Assembly (NCBI GenBank): GCA_050273025.1
Contig: CP158635.1
Coordinates: forward strand, 16,926,001-16,990,000
Direction of reading: 5' to 3'
From: Cenococcum geophilum
Lineage: Eukaryota
Length of the DNA: 64,000 nucleotides
Shown here: piece by piece, positions 61,480 through 64,000 of the stretch
How the letters are laid out: each line of letters begins with the position of its first letter
Numbering within the stretch: position 1 is the stretch's first letter
Made by a program: the position numbers and the translations under genes
Notes under the pieces: model-generated
The model's input: only the letters and a program-made list of their open reading frames with translations
Database searches by the model: none
What the model was told of the DNA's origin: nothing

Positions 61480-63293
61480 ATGGCAGGAATATTTGAGCAA
61501 CCCCGAAATGCTGGCACACTCTGTATGTATCCTCCGCCCAAACAGGGTACATAGGCTAATAGAGCATCACAGTCCTCGGCGGCCAGAAAGTGAGTGGACA
61601 AGACATCCGCGACCAAAATGTCCTCGCAACACAAGCAATCGCCAATGTGATAAAATCCTCCTTTGGGCCCTCGGGTCTAGACAAAATGATGGTCGACGAT
61701 ATCGGCGATGTCACAGTCACCAACGACGGCGCCACCATCCTCAGTCTGCTGGATATTGAGCACCCTGCAGGCAAGATACTAGTTGATCTCGCGCAACAAC
61801 AAGACAAGGAAGTCGGAGATGGCACAACCTCTGTTGTGATAATAGCGGCGGAGCTCCTGAGGAGGGCGAACGAGCTTATGAAGAACAAAATACATCCTAC
61901 TACGATTATTACGGGATACAGGCTGGCGTTACGAGAGGCGGTGAAATATATGAACGAGAATATTAGCACGAAGGTAGAGAACCTGGGACGGGAGAGCCTG
62001 ATAAGTATTGCCAAGACATCCATGTCTAGCAAAATTATAGGATCGGACTCGGATTTCTTCGCCAACATGGTTGTGGACGCCATGCAGTCTGTCAAGTCTG
62101 TCAACAACAAGAACGAAGTCAGATACCCTGTCAAGGCTGTGAATATCCTTAAAGCACATGGAAAGAGCGCCACGGAATCAATATTAGTCAAGGGCTATGC
62201 ACTGAATTGCACCGTCGCCTCACAAGCCATGACTACGCGGGTTCCAGACGCTAAAATTGCTTGTTTAGACATAAATTTGCAGAAAGAACGGATGAAGTTG
62301 GGTGTGCAGATTACAATCGACGATCCGCAACAGCTCGAGAAAATCCGCGAACGGGAAGCCGGTATTGTAGTCGAGCGTGTGGAGATGGTCCTCAAAGCAG
62401 GTGCCAACGCTGTCTTTACAACCAAAGGAATTGACGAGCTATGCCTAAAGCTTTTTGTCGAGAAAGGTGCTATGGCCGTACGGAGGTGCAAGAAGGAGGA
62501 TTTGCGCAGGATAGCAAAAGCGACAGGTGCCACACTTGTCTCCTCGCTCTCCGATCTCAATGGCGACGAGAAGTTTGAGCCGTCATTGCTAGGTCAAGCG
62601 GAAGAGGTGGTACAGGAGCGTATCTCGGACGATGAATGTATTCTCGTTAAAGGCACGAAAGTACACTCTTCTGCCTCTATTATCTTGCGGGGTGCCAACG
62701 ACTACTCCCTTGACGAGATGGAACGCTCCGTCCATGACTCTCTCTCCGCCGTGAAACGAACCCTTGAAAGTGGACGCATAGTGCCCGGTGGTGGTGCCGT
62801 TGAAACTGCGCTACACATCTACCTAGAAGAGTGGGCAACCTCTGTAGTAAGTTGACTCCCTGTAATCCCTTAAATGCCAGGCTCTAAATCAAACAAGGGT
62901 TCTCGCGAACAACTCGCCATCGGCGCTTTCGCCCAATCCCTCCTATCCATCCCGAAAACGCTCGCCGTCAACGCCGCCAAGGACTCGTCCGAGCTAGTTG
63001 CGCAGCTACGCTCCCGACATGCACTCAGCCAGCGCACAGCCGACGATCCAGCCGCAACAACAGACCAAAAAGCGCTTGCCCGCTCTAAGAACTACAAGAA
63101 CTACGGACTAGACCTCGTGAACGGGAAGGTCGTTGACGAGATCAAGGCGGGCGTACTAGAGCCATCTATGAGCAAGGTGAAGCAGCTGAAGAGCGCGGTT
63201 GAGGCATGTGTCGCTATTATGCGAATTGATACACTGATTAAGCTGGATCCGGAGGAGAGGGGAAATCCAGATGACGATGGGCATGGGCATTAG
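61480..63293 (+). CDS. CCT1: T-complex protein 1 subunit alpha (CCT chaperonin); exons 61480-61522, 61573-62846, 62898-63293
   Basis: [47 protein letters not shown] motifs; canonical introns join the ORF-track pieces. Confidence 0.96.
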
Positions 63294-63760
63294 TGGGACA
63301 TAGTAAGAGGATATGAAAAAGTTATGAAAGGTAAAAGAACCGAGAGCCTGGTTTTGGTTTGTAATTCTAGAGCTCGGTTCTATGAGTATTCTACGTAAGA
63401 TATTCTAGTCGCATGACGAGCTATAGAATACAAGAGAGTGCATGAAGTTTTTGTCGCCCTCTCGCGTTGAAGTGATCACATATTAGTCATAGCCGTAGCC
63501 TGTCCCTGAGCCTGCCGGGGAGGACATGGAGACAAAAAGATGTGCCTTGGAGTGTAAAGCGTCTCCCTCTCAAAAATTCCAAATGCCACGTAATGAAGTG
63601 CGGCCTGAATATATGCAGCCCTGAACACGGGATGATACCGACAACGCCGTTTGAAAACGCCGTACTCCCCTGACGGCCTTGCCATGTCCACGCCACCTAC
63701 ATTTCCCACTCATGATTGCATTGCCTCACATCTTTAAAGGAGCATGACCGTCACCTGGTA

Positions 63761-64000
63761 CTACTCTCCCCTTAATTGTGCTCTCAGTCCAACAACCTCC
63801 CTCTTAAGCCGCCCATTCTCCTTCCGAAGTCTGCCCAGCTCCTCTTGCTGCTCTTTCATTTTTCTCTGCATCTCCTCTTCTCCCTGACCTTTCTTAACTC
63901 CTTTCAATACTTTGGCTAGCTCTTCGTTAAATTTCGCATACAAAGCCTCATTCTCAGCGTTCGCTTCCCGATACAATTCGTCTAGCTTCTTGACGCGGGA
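63761..64000 (-). CDS. 3' end of a coiled-coil protein gene (partial, runs off the window)
   Basis: Open frame ...LYREANAENEALYAKFNEELAKVLK...LRAQLRGE* with heptad character. Confidence 0.7.
   Translation of the reverse strand, partial: SRVKKLDELYREANAENEALYAKFNEELAKVLKGVKKGQGEEEMQRKMKEQQEELGRLRKENGRLKREVVGLRAQLRGE

Noticed and set aside
61556..62560. Minus-strand ORFs of 211, 76 and 121 aa
   Set aside because: Antisense shadows of CCT1.

Overview
Filamentous-ascomycete genomic DNA. Bases 1 to ~58,550 form an AT-rich, RIP-eroded pile of nested transposons whose boundaries can be read from LTRs, TIRs and target-site duplications (TSDs): three Ty3/gypsy chromovirus families, two complete Ty1/copia elements, a gag-only LTR element, a full-length Tad1-like LINE, a truncated LINE, hAT and CMC-like non-autonomous elements, a TRIM, a solo LTR and a palindromic MITE. 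From ~58,800 the DNA is gene-rich: a 3-exon small secreted Cys-rich protein gene, an internally deleted prolyl-tRNA synthetase pseudogene, CCT1/TCP1-alpha and the 3' end of a coiled-coil protein gene. Two observations stand out. First, a ~1-kb non-coding retroposon (42703-43724, minus strand, 14-bp TSD) starts exactly with an HDV-like ribozyme fold and shares its tail with a LINE fragment in the same window. Second, a self-priming TRIM is fused tail-to-tail to a gypsy element, with both inside a single TSD. All calls were made by eye without database searches.
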